A stretch of DNA of 64,000 nt from Paramoeba atlantica (taxonomy: Eukaryota; Protista; Discosea): the NCBI GenBank assembly GCA_977017575.1, contig CDRNVI010000024.1, positions 308,368-372,367 on the forward strand. Reading direction: 5' to 3'. Position numbers and translations under genes: made by a program. Below are positions 1-11,930 of this stretch, in pieces (positions within the stretch are counted from its first letter, which is position 1; each line of letters begins with the position of its first letter). The notes under the pieces were generated by a model. That model made no database searches and had not been told where the DNA came from. It worked only from the letters and a program-made list of their open reading frames with translations.

Positions 1-364
1 TCTTTTTCGGAGGTATTAAAATTCTTTTCCCTGAGTCTGTGTATTGGGGGAAATATTTAGTGTAAGCATGCTCCCAGGCAGCACCCCCGTACGACCTTTG
101 TTGCCACAAGCTTAGTGAGATGGTTGTAATTCCTATTCCGGTCACGACCCTGTGCAGACTTAAGGATCCGCGTGAAATGGATCGCATGGAGTTGTTTGTA
201 ATGTTTAGAAGGTTTTCAGCTTTTGACCAACCTTGGTGAAAATATGTAGACATGAAGTCTGTATTTCTACGTCGCCAAAGATGGGTGATATCAAGTTTTA
301 GATCTCGTGCCTTAGAACTAAGAAGCTCAAGAATGCGCAAACGGGATGCTCTTGAGCTTGTCAT
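1..364 (-). CDS. Hypothetical protein, N-terminal part (runs off the left edge)
   Basis: Manual translation from ATG at 364 gives 121 stop-free codons (MTSSRASRLRILELL...KRILIPPKK) to the window edge, on the same strand as all other host genes. It is absent from the ORF track because there is no stop. Confidence 0.5.
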   Translation of the reverse strand, partial: MTSSRASRLRILELLSSKARDLKLDITHLWRRRNTDFMSTYFHQGWSKAENLLNITNNSMRSISRGSLSLHRVVTGIGITTISLSLWQQRSYGGAAWEHAYTKYFPQYTDSGKRILIPPKK

Positions 365-541
365 TCTACGAAATATTTAAGCAGAGACAAAAGCTTAAAA
401 AACAACATATACCTCGAAAAAGAATTACGTGAAACTGAGCAGTACGTTATATCGTAAGAGTATACAGTAGTTCTTTTTCGTACCTTCATTGAATACACGA
501 TAGCGCACATTTGTGAAAGAAATTTCAAGAAGTTGTCATTT

Positions 542-1192
542 TTACTTCCTGAAGTAGTCGCTCGCGTACCGACAGCAGACAATAGCCACCATACTTAACA
601 ACACGAATTCTTCTCGCGAGAATCTTCTCCGATGGTGAACAGCACGTTTAATGCATGCTGGTTCCGCCGACTCTTGCAGGGAGAGACTAATGGAATGTGT
701 CTCAGGAGAATGGGCCGCGTATTTGATTCCTCCAAGTTCTAGTAACCTGCGAGAGGCCACCCAGGAGGGCTCGTTGTGGTTCTTATCACTCAAGTATATC
801 ACCTCACAAATTCCACTTTGTATAATCAGCTTAGCACACTCGTTGCAGGGAAACAGAGTACAGTAAATAACACAGCCGCGCAACTCCATGTTGGAGTTCA
901 TAATCGCGTTCAGCTCTGCATGACATACATAAGGATATTTCGTCTCAAGCATGGAATGTGTGACGGTCATCGGGGCGGATTCCTTGCGAGTTGGATCCTC
1001 CCGTCCCTTCCAGGGCAACACATCATCCGAGCAACCCGTGGGAAATCCGTTGTACCCGATCCCAACGATACGTTGAGAGGCGTTGACGATACATGCCCCA
1101 ACTTGACGGTTGGGATCTTTGGAGCGTTGCGCAGACAACAGTGCCACACTCATAAAGTAGTCATCAAAGGAGAGAAACTCTTTCCTTTTCAT
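542..1192 (-). CDS. DCTD: dCMP deaminase
   Basis: DDYFM..A.LSAQRSKDP..QVGACIV and zinc motifs HAE...PCNEC. First ATG is at 1192; the track start at 1240 is TTG. Confidence 0.92.
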   Translation of the reverse strand: MKRKEFLSFDDYFMSVALLSAQRSKDPNRQVGACIVNASQRIVGIGYNGFPTGCSDDVLPWKGREDPTRKESAPMTVTHSMLETKYPYVCHAELNAIMNSNMELRGCVIYCTLFPCNECAKLIIQSGICEVIYLSDKNHNEPSWVASRRLLELGGIKYAAHSPETHSISLSLQESAEPACIKRAVHHRRRFSREEFVLLSMVAIVCCRYASDYFRK

Positions 1193-1502
1193 GGAAATTT
1201 TATAAAATCGCGTGTTAGATAAACTAAAATTCAAGAACAATGATTGAAAGTTACTTCATTGCACCACAATCTTTCGTTAATTCCAATTTTGTATGGATTT
1301 ACTGAATGGATGACACAAATACATGTAGCCGATGACATACATGTAACGGTGGCTATACACACTTTCTAACCCGTCATGTACTGAGGTTCATGAGGTCGCA
1401 ATATCACCCTCCATGTAGGTTTCGTCGTTGTATACACAGATATTAGCAGAAACGCCTTAATATACAGATACTAAAATAAAAACTCACTTGTTTTTTCAGT
1501 TT

Positions 1503-3392
1503 CTACAACTTTTTCCTCGCGATACGATGTAATGCAAGAAATGCCAGTACACGCAACAGCACGAAAATCCCTGCCATTGACAAATACAGTACCCAATACT
1601 CGTTGACTCGGGTATCAAATCCGTATGAGCGAATCACATCCGACCCTTTGTGAAACATACGCTCGCAGAGGCTTCCGTACTTCTCGATGTCACAGTCAAT
1701 GTGATGCAGACTAGTAAATTCCAGACGCGACATTGCGACAAAGGCATATCGCACAATACTAATCTTTTCTAGCCATAACCAGTAAGGGTCTAATCGTCCC
1801 GAACTCGCGAGTAGTCCCCCACTGAGTAGCATGGGTACAATTACAACAGGAACTACCGCAGAGGCGACATGGAAATTCGGGCAGCACGTACTCACTAACA
1901 TGCCAAGACTTGTGCCACAGAGGTAGGAGAGTACCATCGTACCACAGAGGGCAAAATATACCGTGGCTGTGGGACTGAGACCTGTGATAAGGTACACTAT
2001 GGTGAACATGAGAACGGCAAGACCAATGTGGAAAGGGGTCTCAGCGATTCCTTTTCCCAGGAAGTACCACAACGGGGAGTACGCTCCTGCGTGTTGTTCA
2101 CGAAGAAAAACAGCTTTTTCTTTGGAGATGGTATTCACAACACCCATTGCTCCGGAGAACATCGTGAATGTAGTCAACATGAAGAGCAATCCCATGCGAT
2201 CTTGTACCGAAGTCTGATCGGTTCCCAACTTCATAAAGACCAGACCAATGATCAAACCGAATCCCATGGCTTGTACCATTTGCGCCGTCATAAAAAACCG
2301 GTCGCGTAGGAGATTGCGGTATGAACGTGTAGTGAGCTCGTACAGTTGTGTCATTGCGGTTGAAGTCTTGCTGCATTTCTCTACTAGCGTGGAACTAGGT
2401 GTATCGATAGCGGTTGCGGCAGAGAAAGTAGCTGTACATTTGTTTTTTTGAGGTTTTTGCGTCTTCACGTTTTCATCAACTCTTGTTGTGGATCCAGCGG
2501 ATAAGTCGCTTTTCTTTCGATTCTGCCAGTCTATTATCAGTTTTTCGCCTATGCTCTCATCTTGCATGAGTACCATAAAATAATCTGTTGGAGTATGATG
2601 ATCCGGACATACAAATCCCAATGCTGCGAAATACTGTATTGCGTGACGACATGGCCCATCATATATTACTTGTCCCTTCACGAGCAGAAGCAGGTCGTCA
2701 AATGTAGCAACAACATCAGCCGACGGTTGATGAATCGTGCACACAACGGTGTGTCCGCTGCGTGCCAGATCATGTAAAAGTTGCATAACTGTTTCAGCTG
2801 TTACAGAGTCAAGCCCGCTGGTTGGTTCATCAAGCAATAAAATCTTGGGGTTCGTGATGAGTTCCACAGCGATGTTGGTGCGCTTACGTTCCCCTCCCGA
2901 GAGTCCTCGAACCAATCCTGGGGTCCCAATAACGGTGTTCTTACAGTCTGAAAGCAAGAGTTGCTTTAATACCTCCTCCGTACGCGCTTTGGCACGCTCG
3001 GGTGACATTCCTGCTCGAACGCGAGCCGAGAAATACAACTCTTCGAATGGAGTTGCAGTTTCGAACAGGATATCGTCTTGAGTTACGAAGGCAGCTAGGG
3101 AGCGATGTTTCGAAGTCCAGGGCTCTTGATCTAACGAAATGTTACCAGACAGTACGTGATTTTGATCTGTACGTAACCGATCACTCAAAACATTCAAGAG
3201 GGTAGACTTCCCCGCCCCACTAGCGCCCATTACGGCGAGCAATCGAAAAGGTCGAGCTGTACCGCTCACATTTATTAATATATTGCAAGGTGCTGTCTTC
3301 TTGTTTACTCTAACCGAGTAGTTCAAATGTTCCCAGGACAACACGACGCTTCCGGATTGCTTTGTCTCGTCTGGAGTATTAAATTCGGTCAT
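1503..3392 (-). CDS. ABCG: ABCG-family half transporter (NBD-TMD)
   Basis: Walker A GASGAGKS, signature LSGGE, Walker B ILLLDEP, H-loop CTIHQP, followed by a hydrophobic multi-TM C-terminal half. Probable start is ATG 3392 (MTEFN). Confidence 0.93.
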   Translation of the reverse strand: MTEFNTPDETKQSGSVVLSWEHLNYSVRVNKKTAPCNILINVSGTARPFRLLAVMGASGAGKSTLLNVLSDRLRTDQNHVLSGNISLDQEPWTSKHRSLAAFVTQDDILFETATPFEELYFSARVRAGMSPERAKARTEEVLKQLLLSDCKNTVIGTPGLVRGLSGGERKRTNIAVELITNPKILLLDEPTSGLDSVTAETVMQLLHDLARSGHTVVCTIHQPSADVVATFDDLLLLVKGQVIYDGPCRHAIQYFAALGFVCPDHHTPTDYFMVLMQDESIGEKLIIDWQNRKKSDLSAGSTTRVDENVKTQKPQKNKCTATFSAATAIDTPSSTLVEKCSKTSTAMTQLYELTTRSYRNLLRDRFFMTAQMVQAMGFGLIIGLVFMKLGTDQTSVQDRMGLLFMLTTFTMFSGAMGVVNTISKEKAVFLREQHAGAYSPLWYFLGKGIAETPFHIGLAVLMFTIVYLITGLSPTATVYFALCGTMVLSYLCGTSLGMLVSTCCPNFHVASAVVPVVIVPMLLSGGLLASSGRLDPYWLWLEKISIVRYAFVAMSRLEFTSLHHIDCDIEKYGSLCERMFHKGSDVIRSYGFDTRVNEYWVLYLSMAGIFVLLRVLAFLALHRIARKKL

Positions 3393-3595
3393 GAGGTATA
3401 CCTCTAGATAAGTAGTTTCCAGTGAAAACCGAATGTACAAAGTAAAGAATGCTGTGACTAAAATATATTTTTTTTCATAAAAAGAGTGTAACAAATCTTT
3501 TTTACAATGCATCTCAACAATCTACAGGCTACGCGTTGTGATCACTAAACGTATCAGCTCAGATAGATACAAGTATAAAGATAAATACAGGTATA

Positions 3596-5205
3596 AACCT
3601 AGGGACATGATAAGTCACCCCCCTCTAAAATTTGTGTAAAGTCTTCGTTTGGGCTAATTTTTGTTGCATTTTGCAGATCTCGATGACGCTTGTTTGCGCA
3701 TATCATATAGCGAATAAAACTGGGAACCAATAAAATATGAATTTAGTATTACCATTTTTTCACTTTTTCGCCACCATTTTTTTTGCAAACTTCCAGCTTT
3801 TAGTCGAAACTTAAAACAGTGCGGTCAAGCTCAGATTCACCAATATTCGCAAAAGCTTTCTTTACGCACTTAATTAGAGAAATAGTACAAGACGGATTCA
3901 TTTCATTTACACTTTGTTGAATCATTTCCCACACGTTCTCAATAGGATTAAGGTCGGGAGAATTAGCCGGCCAGTTTGTTATGTATTCAATTTTTGAAGT
4001 AAGAAGTTAGTTTTTCGTATTTTTGGCCTTATGTGCACCCGCCCCATCTTGCTGAAAAATAAATTTACGAGGAAAGGGAACCTTACGCAGCGTTTCTACA
4101 TAAGTTTCACTTGTGATTGCACTGTTGGATGGTAGAACCACAAGGTAACGCCATCCAACTCCAATGGCACCGCACACATGACATTTGGGCGCCCAACGCA
4201 TTCTCTGCCTGGGAACGGCCTTTTCTCCTGGGGCAACCCACATCTTTTGTCGTTTATCATTCGTATCAAAAATCTTCTCATTAGAAAAAATTATTATCTT
4301 TGAATCACCACTCCAAGTGGAAGCAAAATCAACTCTTCTTTCCTTTTGGCGAGTACTTAAAGCCATAGTAATAGGTCGTGGGGAATACGTGTACTTCATA
4401 GCTACTAAGCCACGCCTTACGGTCTTTTTGCTAACGAAAATACCTTTTCTTTTCAATTTACCTGCTATCTTTCTAGCGCTGCTGTGTATGGGCACTCCAG
4501 CAATATCTTTAGGAGAAATACTACTGCCCCCCCCCCTACTACTATCCGCCTTCTGCCTTTTTACCCTGCGCCGACGACTTCTTCGCATGGGAATCTGCAA
4601 GGATCTGCTTCGAAACTACGAAGTTGTCTTCAACACTGCGGAATTGTGGCGCTGTTAGGGCTCGATGAAAATGAAATTTCTGAAAATCTCTTATAGAATG
4701 CTTACACTTTCGAAAACGAATGGAGCCATTTTTTCTAAAAAAACAAACATTTTTTCTTTTTCGAACGGTTTTTGAAAAGCTGAATTTTCCGAAAATCGTT
4801 CGTTAAGGGTTAAACGAACTGAGTGTCCGTTCGTTGAGTCTTCAACGAACTGAGTGCCCGTTCGTTGAACATTCAAAGAACGTGCCCTGAACCCCAATTT
4901 TGATAGAAACATTGAAATCCCGTGCTAGTCGCTTCTTTGGAATACCCTCTTGAAAGCGCATATGCAACAAGACTTTTCCCATCTGCGTTAACCCCCCTTT
5001 TGGGAGACGGTACTTGGATTTCACCATGCAAAAAAAAATCGTGTCGGATTTAAAAAAAAAAAAGTTTTGTTCTAATACTTTGAAAGTGGCTAAAAACAGC
5101 GGGAACGTGTAGATCTCGAAATTGTGAACGACAAAGTGGTGTCATAAACCCCTTAGGCCCCTTCATGCAAAAAGTAAGGGGGTGACTTATTCGTGTCCCT
5201 AGGTT
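3596..5205 (-). mobile_element. Full-length but decayed Tc1-like DNA transposon (DD35E family)
   Basis: About 28-bp TIRs AACCTAGGGACA(T/C)GA.TAAGTCACCCCC at both ends, with TA on the left and CA on the right. It encloses transposase remnants. Confidence 0.85.
3749..5027 (-). pseudogene. Tc1-like transposase pseudogene
   Basis: N-terminal HTH-like piece at 4842-5027, second HTH SARKIA...VSKKTVRR, FSNEK (first D changed to N), QQDGAGAH, in-frame TAA at 4007, then WPANSPDLNPIENVW. A further stop lies near 3800. Confidence 0.85.
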
Positions 5206-5478
5206 CAAAGATAATTGGACACCCTAAGGGTGGTGCAAGGATCGTTTGCACAGCGGTCTGTACTACCACGAAGTGACGGAAGCACCCGACGGGCCCTCTA
5301 CACGGGGCGGGGGGCACGAAAACTGTTACACCTGGCATATTAGGTTCATGCGGCCATTTTAGGATTCGCAAAAACATTAAAATCCTTGTTTTCGGTGTCC
5401 AAAGAATCACCCTAGGCCGTTTACTTTTGTATTCAGAACACGATGTTAACACTGAGATCTGCAAACTGTAACCATAAT

Positions 5479-6975
5479 TCTTTCTTAGACGCTTCGTTAA
5501 ACGCGGTGGTTGTTTTCAACTTACAAGCCACTCATGCTGCGCGTTTCGCGTTGAAAACTACCTCTACGTTTTACGAAGCGTCTAAAAAAGAAAGCTCACC
5601 AAAAGATCATGAATAATCTATTTTCTTTTTTTCGTGAAAAAGCCCGTTTTTTAGGGGAGAATTGCGAAATTTTCTCCCCAAATTTGGGCCGTTTTTGATA
5701 CCTTACCAGTAGTGGTAGGAAGCGAATCTGTTAAAAACACGTCGTAGAACGGTAGCTGAGGTCCCAAACACTTAAATCGATTTTGGAAAAATAATATTTT
5801 TACTTTGGTCAAAAATTCGTTTTTTTTGGTCACCCCGAAATTTTCGGAAATTTTCGAACTTGTCGGACCCCTCCGGCGCGTACCAGGGGGGTCACCCCCG
5901 AATGTAGGGGGGCGGGGGTGAAAAATCATCACAGCGGCATACTCTACCACTTCCCTGCGCTGGATTTTGAAAAGCAAACAAATCTAAAAAAAATCGTGAT
6001 GTATGCCCCCCCCTGGACCCCCCATTTTTTCGATATTTTTGACAGTTTTGGACTACCGGGGGCCCCTTTAATTTTTTATTCTTCGATTATACACTGTATT
6101 ACTGTGTTCCTCATTATACACCCCTTAAAGGATAGCAGTCCCCCGCCTTAATTTTCGTACAGGTGGAGTTGAGAGCTCATCTTTTTTTTAAGAATGTGCA
6201 AAATAAAAAAAATAGAGCGTTTCCCACTATTTTTAGCTCAGTTTAGTTCACATAAAACCAAACGCCGGGCTTAGGTCAAAAATAAATTATATGGATTTTT
6301 GACAATTTTTTTCTCCAAAAATTGACAATTTTTTCGTGAAAGAAAATCTAAAGTGCGCCGAAACCGTCAATTTAGTGGCCTGCGTGATCCCCTATATTCT
6401 CTATTACCAGATGCATAAGCTTCAAATAATTCTTACAGATGTTTTCTACAGAATCTACAGAATGTTTTCTACAGAATCTGTATATTTTCGTAACTTTTCA
6501 CTTATTTTCACAGTTTTTTTGTCAATTTCTAAAATTTTTGCCACTTTGCTTATGGAAAGTAAATTACTGCACTCCACAACAATTTTTACGCGCATATCAT
6601 AAGTAATAGGTCCATGGTGAAGGTTCCGGGGTCGAGAGAAATGTTTTGTCGTGGGTTAAAAAGATGAATATCGGGCATAAACTATTTTTTAGGAAAAAAT
6701 ATGGTGTTTCGTCAAAATGACGATTTTTGACCAGTATTTTTAATCTCATTTTTTTTTATCTTGAGTTTTTTTACCCTGATTCCTTCGGCAAACATACGAC
6801 AAATTTCGAGATCTATCGAATGCCGGAGGAATTAGGTCAAAACCTCGTACGACGCAAAAATGAGGGGGGGGGGGGGCTGCTATCCTTTAAGGGGTGTATA
6901 TTGTATTATATTTTCACTGTTTTTGTTCAATTGTTTCAATAATTGAGGGTAGAGCGGTAGTTATACAACCACCGC
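5479..6975 (+). mobile_element. Hairpin-ended non-autonomous element (family B), copy 1, containing a nested MITE
   Basis: 5' 42-bp inverted repeat (5479-5520 / 5550-5592) and 3' short hairpin GCGGTAGTTATACAACCACCGC (6954-6975). Internal homology to 13430-14287 and 54799-55663. Confidence 0.7.
6119..6896. mobile_element. TA-flanked MITE nested in family B copy 1
   Basis: TIR CACCCCTTAAAGGATAGCAG.CCCCC and its reverse complement, TA on both sides, no ORF. Removing it restores the family B 3' region seen at 14180-14280. Confidence 0.82.
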
Positions 6976-7058
6976 AATTAGCCTAAACGTCCAGACGAAC
7001 CAAAAATGACAGGTATAACAATTTTCTTGCCCCCCCCCGTGTTCCTTCCACAGTAATT

Positions 7059-7241
7059 TTATTGTGTCGTTCTCAAACAATCGCAGATTGCTTCATCTAC
7101 TCGCACTCCTTTTGGAACAAACATTGGTGTCATGGAGTCGAAACTGTTTTCACGAAAATCGTATAAAAATATTTTGCCGGGCAACAGGCCAAGATCAAGA
7201 ATCCCAGTAAATTGATTCCCACGAAGTGTTTTATCATGCAC
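7059..7241 (-). pseudogene. Detached leucine-rich-repeat fragment
   Basis: LRGNQFTGILDLGLLP and DFRENSF match the repeat consensus of the LRR ORF upstream on the same strand. Confidence 0.55.
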
Positions 7242-7664
7242 TTATAGTGCAGAGATTAGCTCACCATGTCCTTATCCCGCATAAGACGGGTGGATCATGT
7301 GAGGTTTCGTCCTCGCCGGAGGTGTGCGGGTGCGGAGAGCTGGCGTCCCAGGTGCAGAGAGCCGGATGCGTAATCCCCATATTACAGTTTCGGGGGCAAT
7401 CCGGGTGCAGAGAGCTGCGACAGAGCCGAGGTGCGGAGAGCTGGGCGACCGCCAGGTGCAGAGAACCGAGTCTCGTCGGCGGAGGACACGTCTAGTGGTC
7501 CTCAAGGGAGGCCACCGTGACGCATGGCCCTCTCGGAGAGGAAAAAGACAAGTCGAAAAAAGCCGAGAGGGGGAAGCACACTCACTCCAGGGGAGTGAGT
7601 CGGGGAGGGGTGAAGTGGTGAAAGCGCGTCCCCTGCTTCAGCGACAAGAGGGACAGTTCCGACC

Positions 7665-8532
7665 TTAGTGCCGGCCGGCAACGGGCATGAAAATACAGTA
7701 AGAGTATGCCCGTTGCCGGGGAAAGAAAGGATGAACTAAGGAAAAAGTACCAACAAGGTACAGAAACTGTATCTTTAGAAGTGAAAGTCCTTCGGGTAAT
7801 TTTTGAAGATCTACGCATCCAGAAAAGTTATTTAAATCTAGCCGCAGTATTTCAAGACTCTTTGGAAGACTATCCAGAGATATATTGCCACTAAGAAAAT
7901 TACGTGACACGTTTAGCATGGTTAACGTTTGAGGTAAAGAAAAGAGTCGCAAAGACTCAGTAAATCGATTATTAAAGACAAAGACTTTTTGAAGGTTTGG
8001 AGGAAGAAATTCAAACAACAAGGCTCCTTTAAATTGATTTTCCGATAAACGCAGTTCTGTTAGATCACAAGGGAGAGAACTGAGCACTACGCTTCCAGAA
8101 AAATCGTTACATGTGATATCTAAAGAGCGAAGAAACGGGGGTAAAGCACCCAAGTCAGCTTCCCCAGAAAAGTGATTGCCCTGAACAAAAAACTCAAGAA
8201 GTGCGTGTGAGACTGAAGCAAACGGGATGTTTCCTGAAAAGCAGTTGACTCGCACTTCAGATTGAAGTTTTAGGTGCTGAACCGTTTGAGGCATGGAAGA
8301 CCACTTCAGTTCGCCGCCAAATCCAAGGCCGATCAAACTAATTTGGGTTATCACGCGCTGGGAATTGCACGTTATGCCTTTCCACGTGCATCCTTCGTAT
8401 GATGGATTCCACGAGGTATGCTTTGGTGTTACGTTGGTGAAAAAAGAGTACAGGCTGAATTCCAAGGGATGAAGTCCGGTGATCTTACCTATCCTTGAGG
8501 GACGAAGATCCGACATTAAAAATTGAAACATC
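7665..8532 (-). CDS. Leucine-rich repeat protein (LP..L..L.L..N.FSG.LDL type), C-terminus possibly disrupted
   Basis: N-cap CTWKGITC followed by about 7 repeats such as LPPFLRSLDITCNDFSGSVVL and LPKSLEILRLDLNNFSGCVDL. First ATG is at 8532. Confidence 0.8.
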
Positions 8533-8616
8533 CAAAGTTTGATGCTGAAATTTAAGGTAAAACAACTACTACTCCTCTCAGTAATTTTGTAAATGATTCT
8601 TTTGAGAAATTTATTT

Positions 8617-8667
8617 CCCCCCCCCCTTAAGCGCACCCGCTCACCCCCCCCCCCCGTTTAAGCGCAC
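8617..8667. repeat. Degenerate left end of a CTGTC-type TIR element (inverted partner at 12670-12722)
   Basis: Two copies of CCCCCC(G/C)TT(T)AAGCGCAC, the reverse complement of 12670-12718. Confidence 0.6.
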
Positions 8668-9146
8668 CTTCCACGGAAAACGAGGACCGCCCAAAAAAAG
8701 TTTCAGCTTTTTTCCGGTGTGAAATAAAACTTGGGAAAATACGCATGTATCGTTTGATTTGCGAGTAGCATTCTCACTGACCTAGAACTTTCGATAAATT
8801 GTCACAGAAAGTACGAGGAAATTTTCTTTGAGTTCGGTTGATTTTCCAACCACAGAGAAAGATGCCACCATGTCCGCCGCTCAGAAATACTATTTCTGAG
8901 ATGATGTACACTAGCAATCAGCTATTAGTCCCCCTTCGAAATTTGAAAAACTGGTATGTTTTTTATCATCTTTTTTTTGAACGTGTAGAGAATTTTACAT
9001 AGGTGCGTTTCCCGCTGTTTAAAATGGTTTTTCTCGACTCATTAGGATCGAATTATTTTTTGAAAAAAAGGAGCCGAACAAATGATTTTTTTAAAAAAAT
9101 GTTCCATTTTTTGATATATTTGCCGGGTAAAACCCCATAAATACAA

Positions 9147-9661
9147 TCACTGCAGGAAAAGAAGATAACGCAAAGACAAGCTTAATATCCAATATGTCAC
9201 CCCCCGTTCTCCAACACCTTGTTCATACTTTTTAAATACTCTGAACACATTTATTTTTCCATCGTACATTTTTACCCATTTTTGTACCGTTTTTTTATTA
9301 ATTTTATATGTTTTAGAGATGGAAGTGGTGGAAGCACCGCATTTTCGTTCAATAACAAACGAAATGCGCATTGCCAGCGTCGTACGCTCCGAGTTGAGGT
9401 AACTCGCTCTGTGGTTCCTCACCATGGGTATAAAAAGAGTAGTGTCAATGACAAAAAAAGGGAAAATTTGACTGTACATTGGAAAATGTCATTTTTGAAC
9501 AGTATTTTGAGTGCCAAAAGCGTATATTAAGTTCTTACAAAAAAAGAAGACCGGCAAAGATAGGCTAGGGATCGAGATCTCTCGTTTGCCGCAGGAATTA
9601 GGTCAAACGGACGAGCGACCGAAAAATAAAGGGGGGGGGGACTTATAGCTGAACGACAGTG
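9147..9661 (-). mobile_element. Tc1-like 5' end remnant (TIR plus HTH-coding fragment)
   Basis: End GGGGGGACTTATAGCTGAACGACAGTG followed by TA. HTH-like ORF ASTTSISKTYKINKKTVQKWVK. Subterminal sequence is shared with the 6119-6896 MITE. Confidence 0.6.
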
Positions 9662-9663
9662 TA

Positions 9664-10487
9664 TACTTACCCTCGGCTACAAGTATGCGTCAAGGCCTTT
9701 GGCTCAAGGACTGACGGAGGTTCAGAAAAAGAAAAGGGTGTTGTTTGCTATACATTGGGAAAAATTAAAGTGGGACACCTCTCGTTTAGTTTTTACAGAT
9801 GAGAAACTGTTTGATACAAATGACCATCGAGAAAAAATGTGGGTAGCTCCTGGGAAAACGCCTGCAAAGCGGCAAAGAGTGCGTTGGGCACCCAAATGTC
9901 ATGTATGGGGTGTCGTGGGAGTAGGTTATAGACACCTTGTTATTCTCCAATCGAACTCTATTACATGCGATTCGTACATCAATACATTAAAAAAAAGTAC
10001 AATTCCCTCAAAACTGTATTTTTCAGCAAGATGGAGCAACACCACACACTGCCAAGGTAACAAAAGCGTATCTTCAGGAAACCAAAATGCAATTGTTAAA
10101 TAATTGGCCACCCAACTCCCCCGATCTCTCCCCAATAGAAAACGTTTGGAGCACGGTTCAAAATCTTGTAGATGAATATAATCCTTCAACTAAGGAAAAG
10201 CTAATAAAAACTGTACGTAAAGCTTGGCTTAAATTACCCCAAAATTATATCGATGATTCGGTTCTGAGCTTCGATGCTCGCCTAAAGTCTTGTGTTGCGA
10301 ACAAAGGAGAAAAGGTGAAAAAATGGTAATTATTGTTTCAACTATACGCATTGGTCTTTTTTGTTTCGTTTCTTCACGCGCAAAGTCTTTGTGTTGAGAT
10401 CTGCAAAATACAACAAAAATCAGCTCAAAAGGACATTTTACTGAAAAAGTACTAAGGGGGGGGGGCGCCTTATTGGTGTCTAGAGTT
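9664..10487 (+). mobile_element. 5'-truncated DD35E Tc1-like element with one frameshift
   Basis: FTDEK, QQDGATPH, WPPNSPDLSPIENVW with 35 residues between D and E. The frameshift is in the A-run near 9990. Right TIR CCTTATTGGTGTCTAGAGTT is followed by TA. Confidence 0.85.
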
Positions 10488-10745
10488 TATAAAAACTATA
10501 TTTTGTTACTATTTTTCTTAGTAAGTTTTGCTTACAGTATTGCTTGAAATGCCGACTCGACGCAATTAATTTTTAGCACTCCCGTTTTCTTGAAAGATTT
10601 CTCTCTATTTTTCTCATCATTATGCCCAACAAGCGTCGTGGTTTCACACTTCGTTGAAGTCGATGGGGAAGTCAGCCTACTTTAATTTCAGATGTGTTCC
10701 AGCCCAGACTCCTTATCTTCTTAGGTCGCCTTTCCTGCCGAAGTA

Positions 10746-11930
10746 CAGTGGTTTCAGTTGATATTGCCCCCCCTCGGAATTTTGATTTTTTTATCAATTT
10801 TTGCTCACCTTTGCAGCATTGGAGAGATCTCGTTCCCCTAGCGAAGAGCTTTGCCGCCTTTTTTTCATAGAGACCCCCTGGTGCCCCCTGGGTGACCCAA
10901 AAGTTGACCAAAATAAAAAAAATGACATTTTTTTACCTTATCAAAAATGGAACAAAAAACGGATTTTATGTCCAAAAGTTAACTCTGAAGGAAAAGAACT
11001 AGTATCCGGAATGGCCTCCATTGTTTTGCAACACTTTTTGAAGTCTATTAGGGACTGAATCAATTGTGTTGTACACTTTACGTTTTTCTTGAGGATGTTT
11101 TAGAATCTGAAAAGCTTTTTTAATGGCATCGGCGAGGGTAGCATGATTGTGGGGCTTAATTTTTTTCTTTATGATACCGTTCATTTGTTTCCAAACATTT
11201 TCTATTGGATTTAAATCAGGCGAATTCGCTGGCCAAGACAATTGTTAAATACGATATTTCGTATTCATCGTACGTTTCGTTTTCATCATCCACAATTTTT
11301 TTTACAAGGTCCTTAAACCGCCTTGATGATTTTTTTCCTGGGGATTTTTGGAGTGTAAGATCTTCTCTTTCCTTCCACAGGTTAACAATTCTTCTTATGG
11401 TGCGACGGTCACGTCCGAAATTATTAGATAATTTATGTATGCTTAATCCCTTTTTGTGTTGCTTTATTATTTCTTTTCTCTCGCAAAGAGGTAATGCCAC
11501 GGTTCCTTTGTGGGATATTGGGGGATTGTCTTCTCTTTTGTCATTTCATCCTTGTACGTACTCCCCCTGTTTGGGGTTCGAGGGTGTGGTCTGCATAATG
11601 TAGAGGTGTTGACTATATTAAATTAGGCGATAGGGATGGTACTAGACATAGAGCTTTCAAATGCTCAATTTAGAACACTATTACTCGTACTTACATGTTC
11701 AAAATGTACAAAAAATCGGGAAAATGTGACAAAAAATGGTTGTGTACACAGAAAACGTCCAAAAAAAACAGAGTTTTTCGGACCCAGGGGGCACCAGGGG
11801 GTCTCTATGAAAAAAAGGCGGCAAAGCTCTTTGCTAGGGGAACGAGATCTCTCCAACGCTGCAAAGATGAGCAAAAATGGATAAAAAAAATCAAAATTCC
11901 GAGGGGGGGCAAGATCAACTGAAACCACTA
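10746..11930 (-). mobile_element. Long-TIR Tc1-like internal-deletion derivative
   Basis: About 148-bp TIRs starting CAGTGGTTTCAGTTGAT (10746-10893 / 11782-11930) with TA on both sides. It retains the HTH N-terminus (11216-11500) joined to the WPANSPDLNPIENVW C-terminus (10999-11241); the DDE core is deleted. Confidence 0.87.

Noticed and set aside
7758-7770. 13-nt match (minus strand ACAGTTTCTGTAC) to the kinetoplastid spliced-leader core; a 12-nt match also lies at 22091-22102
   Set aside because: There is no AACTAA 5' end, no TTG/GT donor and no Sm site. One lies in the LRR frame and the other in a pogo repeat, so chance is likely.
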